Shown: positions 12,604 through 26,850 of the stretch, piece by piece | Layout: each line of letters starts with the position of its first letter | How positions within the stretch are numbered: position 1 is the first letter of the stretch | Assembly (NCBI RefSeq): GCF_001194135.2 | Contig: NC_068990.1 | Location: 19,101,812-19,143,601, forward strand | Source: Octopus bimaculoides | Taxonomy: Eukaryota | DNA: 41,790 nucleotides | Reading direction: 5' to 3' | The notes under the pieces: generated by a model | What the model was told of the DNA's origin: nothing | Seen by the model: the letters and a program-made list of their open reading frames with translations, nothing else | The model's database searches: none | Position numbers and translations under genes: made by a program

Positions 12604-13606
12604 GAAAGAAGGTTTGAAAATGCACTTATTTTTTAAAAATATTTATTTACTTAACCGGTTTCACTTTTTTAGAAAAAGATTATCAAAAGTCTTTGAGAAT
12701 AATAAAAAATGTTAAAAAACAGTCTGAGTATTAAAATGCATATATACATTCTTTGATGATAAAATATATTTAAAGTATAAAGCTTTGTATGAACTTTGTA
12801 GTGTTACATACTGATTGTCACACATTCTCTGATATTAAGGTGAAATTGTTAAAAACAGTGTTAAAAACAGTGTATGAAAATACACATATGGAAAAATACA
12901 TATACATATTCTTATACATATTCTTTGACAATCGAATAAAATTGAGAAGGAACTGACCTGGCCTTTTTCTCTTGTGTATAATATATATATATATGTAGAC
13001 GTGTATGCGTGTGCATGTTTGTGTGTGAGTATGTATATATGCATTGATGATTGTAAAACAATACAGATCAGGAAACTCATGTTGAAAACTTTAATGATAT
13101 GTTTTCGTTTATATGTAGATAGTAAACAAGAAAAATTACATTGCCTCAGTTTCACTAACCGTAAGAGAATAATTCCTTCCCGTTTTTAAGAAACATACTT
13201 GCTATTGCCAAGAGCGACATCCAACAACGACTACAACATTCTGTACAAAATCTTAAGTTTATATCAATATAAGCTAAAGTTAATTCAACTATCCAGTGTA
13301 GATGAATGTGATTGCCGTCGCTTTCGTATTATTCTGAACTACATTAACAGTAGATGTGAACGAATATATAGACCTCATAACTGAATATTTTTGTTTTTCG
13401 AATTGCAATTATGATAGAATTCACAAAGGCGACATTTTCAATGCTCCTAAATTTGATTTCGTTTGCAAATAATACGTATTGTACAACACCTTCCACTCAG
13501 TTCGATTTCAATATTTTCTAAGGCTATTTGAAGAAAACTTTGACAACAATCGTGGTATAAATATATGCATAAGCATATAAACACATACTTCCACGTATGT
13601 AGATAC

Positions 13607-13614
13607 ATGTGTGT

Positions 13615-13692
<78 letters not shown>

Positions 13693-13693
13693 T

Positions 13694-13726
<33 letters not shown>

Positions 13727-13740
13727 AAGAGAGAGAGACA

Positions 13741-13811
<71 letters not shown>

Positions 13812-13825
13812 TGTGTGTGTGTGTA
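13607..13825. repeat. Compound microsatellite (GT)n-(GA)n-(GT)n
   Basis: Direct reading; source of the VCVC/ERER pseudo-ORFs. Confidence 0.98.
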
Positions 13826-14058
13826 TGTAGTTGCTGTAATGCAGAAGTGTCATAAGTCCAAAAGTTTGCTTTTTCAGCAAACTAAAAGGTAGCTTCACGA
13901 TTCCATAGCGAATTTGGACATACGACAGTTTAACATAATAATAACGACACACACACACACACACGCACACACACACACATACACACACACACACATATAC
14001 TTTCAAGAAGTTCGAATAGAAAGATAGTCTTGCTTCTGACTATTATTTGAATTTTGGA

Positions 14059-14239
14059 CTGTTTTTATAGGGAGTTCATGGCTCAAATTAATATATATTT
14101 AAATAAGATTTGACTGGTAGAGGATAGTCGCATGACTGATCTTAGAAACTTCTAAGACCAGTCTCGTGACTATCCTCTACCAATCAAAACTTATTCAAAA
14201 CATTTACTGATATGAGTTAAGAACTCCCTCTAAAAACAG
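14059..14239. repeat. 181-bp fold-back palindrome (89/90-bp arms, 2-nt spacer), probably a MITE
   Basis: Left arm CTGTTTTTATAGGGAGTTC...TGGTAGAGGATAGTCGCATGACTGATCTTAGAA, spacer AC, right arm TTCTAAGACCAGTCTCGTGACTATCCTCTACCA...GAACTCCCTCTAAAAACAG; about 80% complementary. Confidence 0.9.
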
Positions 14240-15355
14240 GGAAACCGTTTATAGTTTCAAATATTAAAAAAATAATATTGTAGCTATTCTCAGTGCATTT
14301 TCAGCTTCTACTTTTCATATATTCCTACCCGTGTGGAATAAAATATCTTTCTTTCTACACACACACACACACACACACNNNNNNNNNNCATACACACACG
14401 GTTGTATTTAGATACATATGCATATATTTATATTAAGCCTTCTGATTTCGCTTTTTAAGTCGTGAAATGACCACTGTGAAAGCCATGTTGGATCTTCTTT
14501 TTACTGATTATAATCCACTACTCTTTTCCTTGTTCATCTCGCATTTATAAAATTAATAAGAGACTGCATGAACTGAATCATATATTATCTGTAAAGCGCT
14601 GTGCAAAACTGACAAATCGTTGACAAAGGCAGTCTCAAAAACTGATATTTTGATTAACAAATAAAACTCATTGACAGATATTCTTTATCTTTTATTATTG
14701 TTTCCAATTTATATAACACTATCTTGAAATATATGCGTCATATTTACATTTTACTATGTACTTACTGATTATAACAGATAAATATTGATATATGCATTTG
14801 AAGTTGATGACATACAGTTTCTATAAAAGCCTTGGATAAATAAAAGCTCTCAGATTGTCATGACACGAGATTTATTTCTCCTATTACTTACATATAACGA
14901 TAAGCCGTAGAAGGCCATATATTTAATATTCGAGACTTTATTCGCGTGTTAAGCCTTGTAAATTGAATCCATATGAAAATATGCTCTTGGTCAAGGAAAT
15001 ATTCAAGTAAATTATCTTATAGAATATATTTCATGAATCTGTTAACATTTTTCGTTGCTGCTTTTGTTAACCTCATATATTATGACATGTGTCTCCGTCG
15101 CTTGCAACACAAAAGATATGTTAGGAAATTGATGCATTTATTTGGCATTACATAAATGTATTTTCATTGGATAATGCTAAGTGTATAACATATTTATCTG
15201 CATGCCTATTATGTAATGTCATCTAACATACATAGACAACAGAAAGCAGTTATTCACCGCCACACACGCACACTGTCTCATATATGTTTGTGTCTGTTTA
15301 TGTATATATAAATATATTTGTATCTGTATATATGTATGTATATATATACACATAC

Positions 15356-15390
<35 letters not shown>

Positions 15391-16660
15391 NNNNNNNNNN
15401 NNNNNNNNNNNNNNNNNNNNNNNNNNNNNNNNNNNNNNNNNNNNNNNNNNNNNNNNNNNNNNNNNNNNNNNNNNNNNNNNNNNNNNNNNNNNNNNNNNNN
15501 NNNNNNNNNNNNNNNNNNNNNNNNNNNNNNNNNNNNNNNNNNNNNNNNNNNNNNNNNNNNNNNNNNNNNNNNNNNNNNNNNNNNNNNNNNNNNNNNNNNN
15601 NNNNNNNNNNTATATATATATATATGTTTGCATATAATATATGCTGTATATCTGTGTATGCATGTTTATGCACATAGACATATAAATGAAATTTATGCAT
15701 ATAGGTAAATATATATATATTGAATATGTATGTATTTATGCTTGTATGTATGTATGTATGTAGCTATGTATTGTAACGCATTCTTCTGCGCACAAACGTA
15801 CGCTGAAATCAATGCTCAATGACAAAGGGAAAAACGTTTATGTCTTGGAAAATTTCCATGGGATTTAACTTTTAAATCGAAAAGTAATACTGAAGCGGTA
15901 TATTAAATTAAAACATGTAGCTCAAATATGAAAAAAAATATTCTTCCTCCAGATTATTTTAAATGCTGTTTAAATATTACTACTTAATAAGCAAAATATA
16001 ATGAAATCTAATTACTCAGAAATAACCTGTTCGGGTATTACAAAATAAATCACAATAGTTCAAGTTTCTGAACTGTTTTTCATTCCCAGATTTAATTATC
16101 TCACTTCAATGACATAAGTAATTCTCCTTTATAGAAGGCCTGGGCACCACTAATCTAAAACCTCTCGTCCATTGAAGATAGCAGGATTCATAAATAAATA
16201 ATGGATTCGCCGATTACAAACGACAAAGCGGGAAGACGAGAAAGTGTTTATGATGTTATTTCAGTGACTGTGTGCAAAATGTAAATAGTTTATTAGCTTT
16301 GAACACCCGCGATGTCTTTTTTCTCCTGATATTTGTCGAACATATAAGTATCATTCTGTGAATCTTTGATATATTATGTACATATAACACTCGCAATATT
16401 ATGTACGGCGAATCACTGGGGGCAAAATGTTACTTTTATATTGCACTATTTCCGGAAACATGAAAGGTAAATTTGAAACCTAGACGATCCGTATTGCCGA
16501 CAAGATTTTCGATACTCATTGATCATTTATTAACTCATATATCGACAGGTTCGAACACACAATGTATATTTAGTTGTCGAAGAAAACATTTCGTTTTGAA
16601 AGGCTGACCAAAGTAAAAGTACCACTTGATGACATAGTGTGTGATAGGTTAGAAATATCA

Positions 16661-16778
<118 letters not shown>

Positions 16779-17545
16779 ATTAGGGAGAGAGTTCTTAAGT
16801 TATGAGGGGCATTATCGATTCTGATGGAGCACATTTGTTTCAATTTACCAACATTATTGTCACTGAAAGTTTCCCCAATATTGGACATGATATTGCAGTT
16901 CTATGATGATATCAATTTCAGTTGTGATCATGCCGTAATTAGAATCACGCCGAAGAGCATATTATTCACTTTGTACAGTGTGAGAGAGTATTTGAGGATA
17001 TACTTTGGGTAATTTATTTGAACAACGCTAATCTAGCAAAATCCAGACATGTTTTAATAAAAATTTGTGCACATATTGTGGATAAGCTTTTTTATAAGAT
17101 GCTTCTATGAATCTGCCTTTAGCTTCAATGACTAGTTCTATGCAGTAGTGAAATCTTTGATATGCAGGTACTGAATTGTTCTTACATTGTCCGAAGATTT
17201 AGAGATATCTTTCGTTCCGATACATTTGAAAGGCCCCGTCAGAGACGAGAAGTGGAATTCCATCCGTAATCTATGTCCTAAAAATCTTGCAAAATTTAGA
17301 ATGTTAGCAATCTCTACATCACCGTTCCGCACATATGGCAAAAGGGACTGCATGTCTTTCTATTTATCATATTAGTATTTTATCTGACAAGGGATGATCG
17401 GAAAGAAATGAAAAGCCTTTTAATTAGTTTCAAGATAGTAATATCGTGATAATTAAATGTCCATAATTATTCGTTGCACCCTATATGCAATCTGACGTGA
17501 TTTAATAGATTTCGTTTCCTGTCTAGAGGGAGATTTCCCGAAAAC

Positions 17546-17884
17546 CAGTGGTGCTCAATCGGGGGTCCATATGGCTCCCTGAGGGTCCATATGAGATTGT
17601 TGGGGGCCAATACAGCAAAATACCAAATTGGGGATCCACAATAGTATTTTCAGGGACCCTCAAAAAATTTGCTTTTGGCGTATATATTGGTATATATTAC
17701 AAAAAACAACAAGGTTTCATGCTCTAACATTTTACCTGCAGAAGTTAATGGGTCAAAAACCAAAATAGGAATTTTGAAAGAAGTTTCTATAAAACTAGTT
17801 TTAAACATGAAATGGCTATGGGGGACCAACAGAATAAAATAATAATCAAAGTTTCGATAGATAAACAATGGTTAAGAACTCCTG
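17546..17884. mobile_element. hAT (Charlie-like) MITE, 339 bp
   Basis: Termini CAGTGGTGCTCAATC ... GGTTAAGAACTCCTG resemble the Charlie-type CAGTGGTTCTCAACC TIR. The 8-bp TSD has decayed (CCGAAAAC vs ACCTGAAC). Internal repeated GGGTCCATATG; no ORF. Confidence 0.7.
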
Positions 17885-18899
17885 ACCTGAACGTTTCTTC
17901 ATTAGTTCCTCCCGTTTCATTTACTTTCAACATCCAAACGTAATTATTAACCTGCAACCTACTCCTAAGTATTATTTTCCATGCAGGAAAAAACCTTTAA
18001 GTGTTACTGCATGTCTCTGCAACATGTTTCATAGTCAATGTTCATCGGTTCAATGTATATGACAATAGATTTATGGCGAACAGACAACACGACAATTATA
18101 AGTTCACTGAAGTTTCTATCATGATTTCAACAGAACAGCTACCTAGAAAAACTATTTTTCTTCAACACTGTCTCGTTTATCAGAAATATTCGTCGCTTTA
18201 ATGAGGTAAACAAACAGGAAAATTGTAAGCCATATTTAAAAATCCAATTTCATTCTCAGCAGTAATGACAATAAGTAACACCTCTAGCGTCTATTGATGT
18301 ATGAGAAATGACAGAGTTCACTAACACTGTGACACAAAGAAGAACCATAAATATTTTCCATTCTTGTGTCGAACCTGGCTTTTGAGAAAGTTTCCGAAAC
18401 TCCAAACATATTTATACACCGCAATATTGAAAACATTCTTTATTATAATGTTGCCAAATTACTCAGATGTATTCATATGCACACCTCATAAAATTCAAAT
18501 ACAATGCTAACACACACTTCAAAATATATTTCATGAGAGGGTGGAAACTTGTCACGGTGTATTGAAAAGACGAACCAAATGTAACCGATATTTGATCTCT
18601 CTATAGTATGAGTACAATCATGTATGGAAATCTCAAGCACTTCCTCTATCCTCTCTTCGTGTTTTAACCGCGTGTACACACGCTCCTGTGTGCTAACACG
18701 CATGCAAAAACAGACAGACAGACACACACACACGGACGCATACACACACATATATACACAGCTGGATGAATAACGATCTTTATATCAAAATAAGTGACTG
18801 GAGCTCTTACTACACTCGCGTATATTCATAAATAAGCAATCATACGCACGTACACACGCACATACACGACATATTCACTTTCATTCACGCACATGCATA

Positions 18900-19166
<267 letters not shown>

Positions 19167-19577
19167 ACAGTGTATTTCCTGTTTTCTCTTTCTGAAACAC
19201 AAGCATACACGGTGATATATCTATCTATTTTTTTCTAGGTATATATTTCCCAATACACGCATGACTTGCTCTTTGGCAGTGTGAGATTGAATTATGAATG
19301 TATATAAATGTTCTGTCAACCCTATTGATATATACACATATGGCAGTTTGTCTATTTTTATCTCTCTCACTCCCCTCCCTCTCTCTCTCTCTCCCTCTAT
19401 CCATCTATTTGTCTGTGTGTCACTTTGTTAACACAGACAGCCATGCATACCCACAGACAAATACACACACATATGTGTGTATGTAATTGTATGTATATGT
19501 ACCTTTATGTAACTAGCTTATCTTTCATTCTATCTATGTGTCTGTCTGTCAACACAAACGCCCTTATTCACAGATAA

Positions 19578-19621
<44 letters not shown>

Positions 19622-19624
19622 TGA

Positions 19625-19793
19625 GAGCCCCCTTCGGTCATGACTGACCATGAAATTGCACCTAGAAAGTTACCCTCCCAGGCACAAGTCCGGGCAAGGC
19701 TGTTTATGGAAGACCAGCAGTCTCCCCCACTCCACGCCACCAGTGTTATCCAAGGGAAAGGCCGATACAGCTTGGCATCTGTGACGTCGCAAC
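19625..19793 (-). mobile_element. SINE family A, 3' half
   Basis: Reverse complement matches 2350-2535 (GTCACTGGTGCCAA...CCCTTGGATAAC...GGTCATTCATGACCGAAGGG). Confidence 0.88.
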
Positions 19794-19824
19794 ACATTTT
19801 TACATTCTGGAACACAGTAAGCTT

Positions 19825-20007
19825 AGAACTTATTCTATCTGAATCTTTTGACGAACCACTAAGTTACGGGGACATAAACACACCAGCATCGGTTGTCAAG
19901 CGATGGTGCGGGCGTAGAAACACAGACAAATAAACACGCCCACACATATACACACGGGCTTCTTTCAGGTTCCATCTACAAAACCCTCTCACAAGGCTTT
20001 GGTCACC

Positions 20008-20057
<50 letters not shown>

Positions 20058-20125
20058 CTATATCNNNNNNNNNNNNNNNNNNNNNNNNNNNNNNNNNNNN
20101 NNNNNNNNNNNNNNNNNNNNNNNNN

Positions 20126-20169
<44 letters not shown>

Positions 20170-20266
20170 GTAAAAGACACTTGCCCAAACTGCTACGCAG
20201 TGGGACTGAAACCAGAAGCATGTAGTTGGGATGCTAGCTTCCTACCACACACCCACTCCTGCGGCC
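19825..20266 (-). mobile_element. tRNA-derived SINE family B (head, internal TA/CA tracts with gap, tail)
   Basis: Head GCAGGAGTGGGTGTGTGGTAGGAAGCTAGC...GGTTTCAGTCCCACTGCGTAGCAGTTTGGGCAAGTGTCTT at 20170-20266, body 19960-20005, tail ATCGCTTGACAACCGATGCTGGTGTGTTTATGTCCCCGTAACTTAG...GATAGAATAAG at 19825-19915; all co-oriented. Confidence 0.85.
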
Positions 20267-22631
20267 ATATATATATAAACATCATAGTTAAAACGTGTGA
20301 AGGTATACATATAGAGTTGCATATGAAAACAGGGACCCTGCGTATAGATAGATGTATCATAATTTCCTTTCTGTCTCCACATACGCCAATGCGGCATACA
20401 AGTTCATTATATTCCATATCACGCTTTTCTTTTGTTCAATTTTACATAAGAAAATTATTATGAAATACGTGAGTCAATATCTCACGACCGCTATTGTATT
20501 GATATTTTATTTCAAATGCAGACAAATATGATTGGATTCATTTACATTTCAGCTACCACTTGCGTGACTATTAATTGTTGTTGCTATATGTTTCTAAAAT
20601 ATTTCAACTTTTTAAGCTTATATTTCGAGTCTCAAAATACCTGTCGGTGATGGTCAATTTCTTGTAGTTTTTATTTAAGAAAAAAAAAAAAAAAAAAAAA
20701 AAAAAAANNNNNNNNNNNNNNNNNNNNNNNNNNNNNNNNNNNNNNNNNNNNNNNNNNNNNNNNNNNNNNNNNNNNNNNNNNNNNNNNNNNNNNNNNNNNN
20801 NNNNNNNNNNNNNNNNNNNNNNNNNNNNNNNNNNNNNNNNNNNNNNNNNNNNNNNNNNNNNNNNNNNNNNNNNNNNNNNNNNNNNNNNNNNNNNNNNNNN
20901 NNNNNNNNNNNNNNNNNNNNNNNNNNNNNNNNNNNNNNNNNNNNNNNNNNNNNNNNNNNNNNNNNNNNNNNNNNNNNNNNNNNNNNNNNNNNNTATATAT
21001 ATATATATATATATATATATGCATATATATTCAAATGCAGACGTATGCTTTTCATATACATATATGTATATATATTTACAGAGAGAGAGAGCGAAAGATT
21101 AACTGATTGATTGATCGATTGACTGATTGATTGATTCATTGGTTGTTGGAATGATATCTTACGTATCGTAATTAGAATGCTGAATACTGAAGCATTTCTC
21201 TCGATAGGTCCTGTGATATAAACGTACAGTGGTAAACAGACAGGAATTGGGCCTCGTATATCGTATCAAACGAGAACCGCGTGGCATGAGAATGAACTTA
21301 ACGCGCTGCACTTCCTCAGTGGACGCTGTTCAATTGCCGCATACAAGCCACCCCGTAGTCACCCATTAAATAACTGATCTTTTAGTCACCTAGGCAGGCT
21401 CTTTAAAAAACTAATAACGATTCTGTCCAGGAGTTCACTTCAGTCTCTCTACGGCATTATAAGCAATACAGTGGTTGTTAGGGATGTGTTAATATTCGTT
21501 ACAAAAGGTACATAAGTCGCTAATAACTGATTCATACACTGCATGGCCGCTTTTTGCGATATCATTGGCTGTGTAGCTTGTATTATTTCATGTAAATTGA
21601 TTTTCTCTGTGTCATTTAGTGCTTGCCTTCCTACTACTCGTGATCTGCATCACGGTCAAAGCAAGTAATATAGCACCACCATCCGCCGGTGTTGACGAAA
21701 TGTAGTCAGCCAATATAAAGTGTCGATACTGTTAACAGTTGACGTCTATACGAAAACATTTTTCGGGACGTTCACCGCAGCCTACAAACGTGTTAAGAAA
21801 ACGTCCAGGTCGAGCTGGATGTGTTTGTGAATATTCGTTATAGAAGATGCTCCTCTCACCAATAGCTACTATGCATTTATGAATGTTTGCATATATGCGT
21901 ATTTACCGTTGCGTACCGTACAAGTTGACAATTAATGTAGATTCAGATTTGTTTATTTCCTCGTCTTTTAACTGTGAGCCAATTATTCACGAAACAGATA
22001 TATCGATTTGTTCTGTTAATCCTACCAGAAATTAAGCCTATCTGTCCAATGACTGAAATAACCACAATTTCAAAATAGTATAATAAGCATTCTACTAGTT
22101 AAAGCTTCGTTTGTTATATATATATTATTGCTATTAACCAGCAATTTCTAATAGGGAAATCGTTAGAATATTTGCTGTACTCTGTCAAAATATGTTGTCA
22201 ACATGATCCCGATTATATATTTAGGGAAATAATACAGCAAAGCTGTTCTGTAAATCGAATGCAGAAATGTAGTGGAAATAAATTCTAAGAATACATTATG
22301 GGAGATATTGAATAATCGGCTGTATAATTTTTTAGTCAAATCGAAGCGTGTGGCGTAGAATGTTAAAGAATATCCTGTGTAGATTCTTCTTTGAAGTAGG
22401 AGCACACCGTTTCTGTAATGAAGCGGGACGGACTGAGTTCAATAACACTTAGATTATCGTCTCTTCAGTGATGCTCCACAAATATCTAAGTTGCGTTTGC
22501 TCACTGATGAATTAAAACTCTAAAGGTTACAGTTATTGTTATAATGGCTGCGTCAGTAGTTTCCATGTCATTTGTATGAATTCAGAAAAAGACGCAAGGT
22601 ACAAATAATCTTCAGAAACGTTTTATTACAT

Positions 22632-23579
22632 CTATTTAATGAATTCACCTTTAGAATCACTGCGTGTTTCAATATGGCCTCGGAGGTGTTAACATACTCG
22701 AAACAGATGGCATTTATCAATTTTGGACATAATACTGGTTATGGCGGTCTTCAGTGTTTGTATGGTGATATGGAGATGTTGACTGACCTCTCTCTGCACA
22801 ATCCCCCACACATATTAATTCAGTTGATTGAGGTCTTGTTAGCTAGGCGGCCATGTGGCTAAGAGAACATGATCATGAAGATTGGTATGGATCTACGCTT
22901 GGGCTTTCCTATGCTTATGAGGCGGTGCAGAATCTTGTTGAAAATGATGTTGCATAGTCTGTCTATCCAGGGCCTCACAAATTTCTTCAATAACTCTATT
23001 CCCGTTGGAATAAGTCGGGAGGCATGCCATCTTCCTCGTTAGTGTCCATTCATAGAAATAGCGAAGTTGCTGGGAATTTAGTTGGAACCTCATTTGGTCA
23101 TACGTCTTTCCATCAGTTTACCTGTTGGTGCTCATCGAAGTTTATATCATAGGAGAACCGAAGTATTCCAGTCACTTGCTATTTTAACATTTTTAGCAAG
23201 CGCTTTGTGCTGGTTGAACGATTCTCTCATTTAACATCCGACACATACGACTTGTGCTGGATATATTCATGCACAACTTTTCTGAGAGTGCAATCGAGGG
23301 CCTTTGTGATGGCACTTGTTGATGGCTTTTTAAGATTATTTCTTGGATTGTTTTTACGACGTTAAGTATCCTGATTGTATTAGGACCATGTGCATGCGTT
23401 TTGGGCTTAGCTGCTGATGTTGGATCCCCGTGAGTAGTTTCCAGCTCCATTTGAATTTTAACAATGAAGAATTGGGCAATTTTAAGAACGTGAGCTATGT
23501 CTGTATAACTCTGCTGCGTTTTTGAGGCAACCAATACAGTGGACATTTTCATTTGCTGAGTGAACCTAATGACAGACAT
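22632..23579 (-). pseudogene. Second, older DD37D-type transposase pseudogene (different subfamily; TIRs not recognisable)
   Basis: ORF 23193-23579 resembles a maT-type N-terminal HTH region. Downstream: HHFQQDSAPPHKHRKAQA*IHTNLHDHVLLATWPPS*QDLNQLN*YVWGIVQREV...GEFIK*, with 37 residues from QD to the D3 position (now N). Confidence 0.85.
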
Positions 23580-23784
23580 TAGTTAGATTAAAGTTGTGCT
23601 CTAGAAAGAGATGTCCTCAAACAAGTTGACACACCAAGAAAATAAAGGCGATGGATTGGAAAGCAGCGTATATTTAACTTGACATCTGATGAAGTTCCTA
23701 TCAATGGGTGACATCATGTATTGAAAGAATTATATTGGAATGAGCGTAAAGAGTACTTGTGGTGTCTTCTTAAAAATATGAATT

Positions 23785-24014
23785 TGTATACGCACACACA
23801 TACACACTCTCATATATACGTATATATATAGGTATATATGAATATATGTATGTATATATATATNNNNNNNNNNNNNNNNNNNNNNNNNNNNNNNNNNNNN
23901 NNNNNNNNNNNNNNNNNNNNNNNNNNNNNNNNNNNNNNNNNNNNNNNNNNNNNNNNNNNNNNNNNNNNNNNNNNNNNNNNNNNNNNNNNNNNNNNNNNNN
24001 TATATATTCGTATA

Positions 24015-24054
<40 letters not shown>

Positions 24055-24290
24055 AATATATGTATGTATATATACGTATATATATAGGTATATATGAATA
24101 TATGTATGTATATATATATGTATATATATGTATATATACTGTGTGTATGTATATGTGTATGTATATGTGTCTGTGTGTATGTATATGTGTATACATTCAT
24201 ACCCATGTGCGTGTGTGTATGTGTCTGTGTGTATGTATGTGTATATGTATACAATCATACCTATGTGCACGCGCGTGTATGTGTGTACGC
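23785..24290. repeat. Complex TA/TG-rich higher-order microsatellite spanning a gap
   Basis: The block TATACGTATATATATAGGTATATATGAATATATGTATGTATATATATAT occurs on both sides of the gap (~23815 and ~24071). Confidence 0.9.
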
Positions 24291-25999
24291 TTAGATGTAT
24301 GCATACGGATAGCCTGAAAAATTAGTTTCTCTATAAAGACAAATACCATCAAAAATAAATTAGTTATGAAATGAAGCAATCGATTTTAAATATAATCGAT
24401 GGAGGAATTCAGAAATCCCGATAGAGATAAACGGAGAACTATGCGTGTCTGTTTCTCTTCAAAGGTCAAGAGAATGTCGACATTCTGATATTGCAAAGAA
24501 AATTATGAAGATGCTCGACGTCTTTTGTTAATACTGTATTAATTTACACGACTATTCCTGTTGTGTTTATGTTATGCTTCTGAACACTATAGACAAACAC
24601 CGAAACCTATTTCATTAAAATCTCCATCAGTTATTTCATAATTACATAACTTTCTCGTTTTCGTATACTTGCGGCCTTGCCGTGTTTGCAGATGCAGACT
24701 GCACTCGGGGGATAAACAACATTTCAAACATGGTTATTAACCAATAAATTGACTTAGAATTGGTCGCTAGATCTGTTTAAATTAACAGTTTAATCGCTCC
24801 TCAGACCTTTATATGAGGCAAGAGTATTGTGTATAGATATAGGTCGATATTTGTAGGTTGGTGCTATAGGTGTAGATTGGGATTTTATTAAGTAATTAAA
24901 GTGATAATTGAATTTCCTGTATGTTTAATTTCTCAACATTTCCATTGCCCTCGAAAGGAAACGATAACAATTTGCATGGAGAGACTTTAATCCATAGTCT
25001 TGAAATATAATTTAAATATACTAACGAATGTATAGCGAATACCTTCTCTTCACAAGTAATTGTAATAATGGTAATCGTAATTTAATTTTTTCTTTTCCAT
25101 CAGGAATTCTATCCATAACCTTCGTTTATAATGTCTTTATCATATAGATTACAGCATTGAACGTTTCCAAATTTTGTCCTAAGGCTCACGTTTATCAGCT
25201 CAACCAATACTGCGGAAATCTAAAACCATCTGTTGATGTGAAAAGATGTTATTGGATATACGAAATCATAAATATATATTCAGAATTGATTGAGTTACCT
25301 TGTTGCATGAAGTGAAATCTAAGCGTAGAGAGATAGGCTTATGCAATTTTGCTTATAGATGTGATGGAGATTCAGTATTATCAGCAATCAAGTGTAGTGA
25401 GCGCAAACAGAATGCGCATGCTCAAGTGACAAATAAAGTTTTCATTCCTCCTAGCCTACAAATCATGTCATATTTGCTAAAACATTTTCATTTATGTCAG
25501 AACATGATCGCATCTTCAAACATTGCCTGAAAATACGAATAACAAATATTACATGTAAATATATTTGCAAATGCTTTCTACAGGGAAGGAAAAAATATAC
25601 ATGTTTTAATACAAGCAGTCCATGCAATTATAGGCAGGACAGCGATACCTCGAATACTGTTATTCCACGACCGGTGCTTATATTTCGACTTGATAATACG
25701 AACTAAAATACAAGTTGCGGTGTTATTTCTTCGTTATTTCTTTTATGCATTTCACCCAGTTGAAGAGAGTTCACGTCTAGTAAGGCTCCATTGAGTCTAT
25801 GGTCACCGAGAATAACGCTAGTATCATCGATATTTGAATGAATGGAATTTATAGATAACACTCCAAATTTAATAAAGTGTGCCACCTTCTTGGTTAGCAT
25901 TGGTGCTATTACAAAAGGACATTCTGGAGAGTATTTCTGGGAATAATTGAATCTTTGTGGCCACCTTGTTCTCCAACATCACAATAATCAAAATATTGA

Positions 26000-26195
26000 G
26001 TTCAAATGTTGGCACAATGCCAGTAATATTAGGAGAGGGGACAAGTACTTTAGATCGATCTCAGTCTCAACTGGTACTGTTTCATCGACCCACAAAAGCA
26101 TGAAAGGCAGTTGACCTCGGTAGAATTTGAACTCAGAACATAAAGACGGAAGAAATGCAGTTATACGGCACGATAACAATTATGCCAGCTTATCG
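26000..26195 (-). mobile_element. SINE family C
   Basis: Revcomp CCGTCTTTATGTTCTGAGTTCAAATTCTACCGAGGTCAACTGCCTTTCAT...GTCGATGAAACAGTACCAGTTGAG...GTGCCAACATTTGAA. Confidence 0.8.
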
Positions 26196-26271
26196 TAATA
26201 ACGTAAAAATGTATCTTGTTGAGCAGAGCTGTAGCGTCATTAGACAATGACATAATAAAATACAATTTGTT

Positions 26272-26563
26272 TAATATAGAAGGTAAGCTTTAAGGTTTTG
26301 TAAATAAAAGAAATGAATTTTTGCTTTTATAACAAACATTTTGAGTTTTGCTAATAAGATTCGAATCAGAACTGTTTTCACAACAACGTAGCATATGGGA
26401 ATATTATGAGCATATTTTTTTTTTCTCTGTGATTTCTTTCTACACTGCCATTTCAATACATGAATAAATGAATAAATGTTTTGCACCGGTGCCGATATTT
26501 TTATGAAGTAGTTTATATAATGAAACTTTTGATGCGCACTGAATTAATAACTCCGGAATGATA
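26272..26563 (+). repeat. Left arm of a long inverted repeat (partner 28124-28386)
   Basis: Collinear with the reverse complement of 28124-28386 from TAATATAGAAGGTAA to CTCCGGAATGATA; roughly 85-90% identity by eye, with small indels. Confidence 0.92.
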
Positions 26564-26850
26564 AAAGTAGAATAATCTTCCTTGAAAGGATCTGGTTTTT
26601 AACCATAAAGAAATACATCTAAATGGAATAAGATGTGTGTATCGGAGTTCTAAAGAGTTTGGCATCAATTACCATTTAAATATAACAAAATAATGCAGTT
26701 TCTTACGACAAATTACAAAATAAAGACTCAAATTCAAACTGTAGTGATTGATAGTACCACAAAATCTAATGTATGGTGCTTGTGTAGCATTGTTATTAAT
26801 TTTACATAATTAAAACAGAATTAGCATTATAATATAGATTGCATGCTTAC

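Noticed and set aside
16802-16906. MRGIIDSDGAHLFQF, resembling a LAGLIDADG motif
   Set aside because: The frame is only ~34 codons between stops, with no second motif or endonuclease/intein context; most likely chance.
17987-18205. 219-nt segment with strong plus-strand acceptor and donor
   Set aside because: Stop codons in all three frames; at best non-coding, and unsupported.
20640-20707. Poly-A tail of a processed retrocopy
   Set aside because: No upstream ORF or canonical poly-A signal, and the run ends in a gap, so a TSD cannot be assessed.
22560-23770. TIRs for the second DD37D element
   Set aside because: No convincing inverted match between the candidate ends, so only the transposase remnant is reported.
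25703-25958. ~85-codon open stretch on the minus strand
   Set aside because: No recognisable domain, and only weak splice boundaries.
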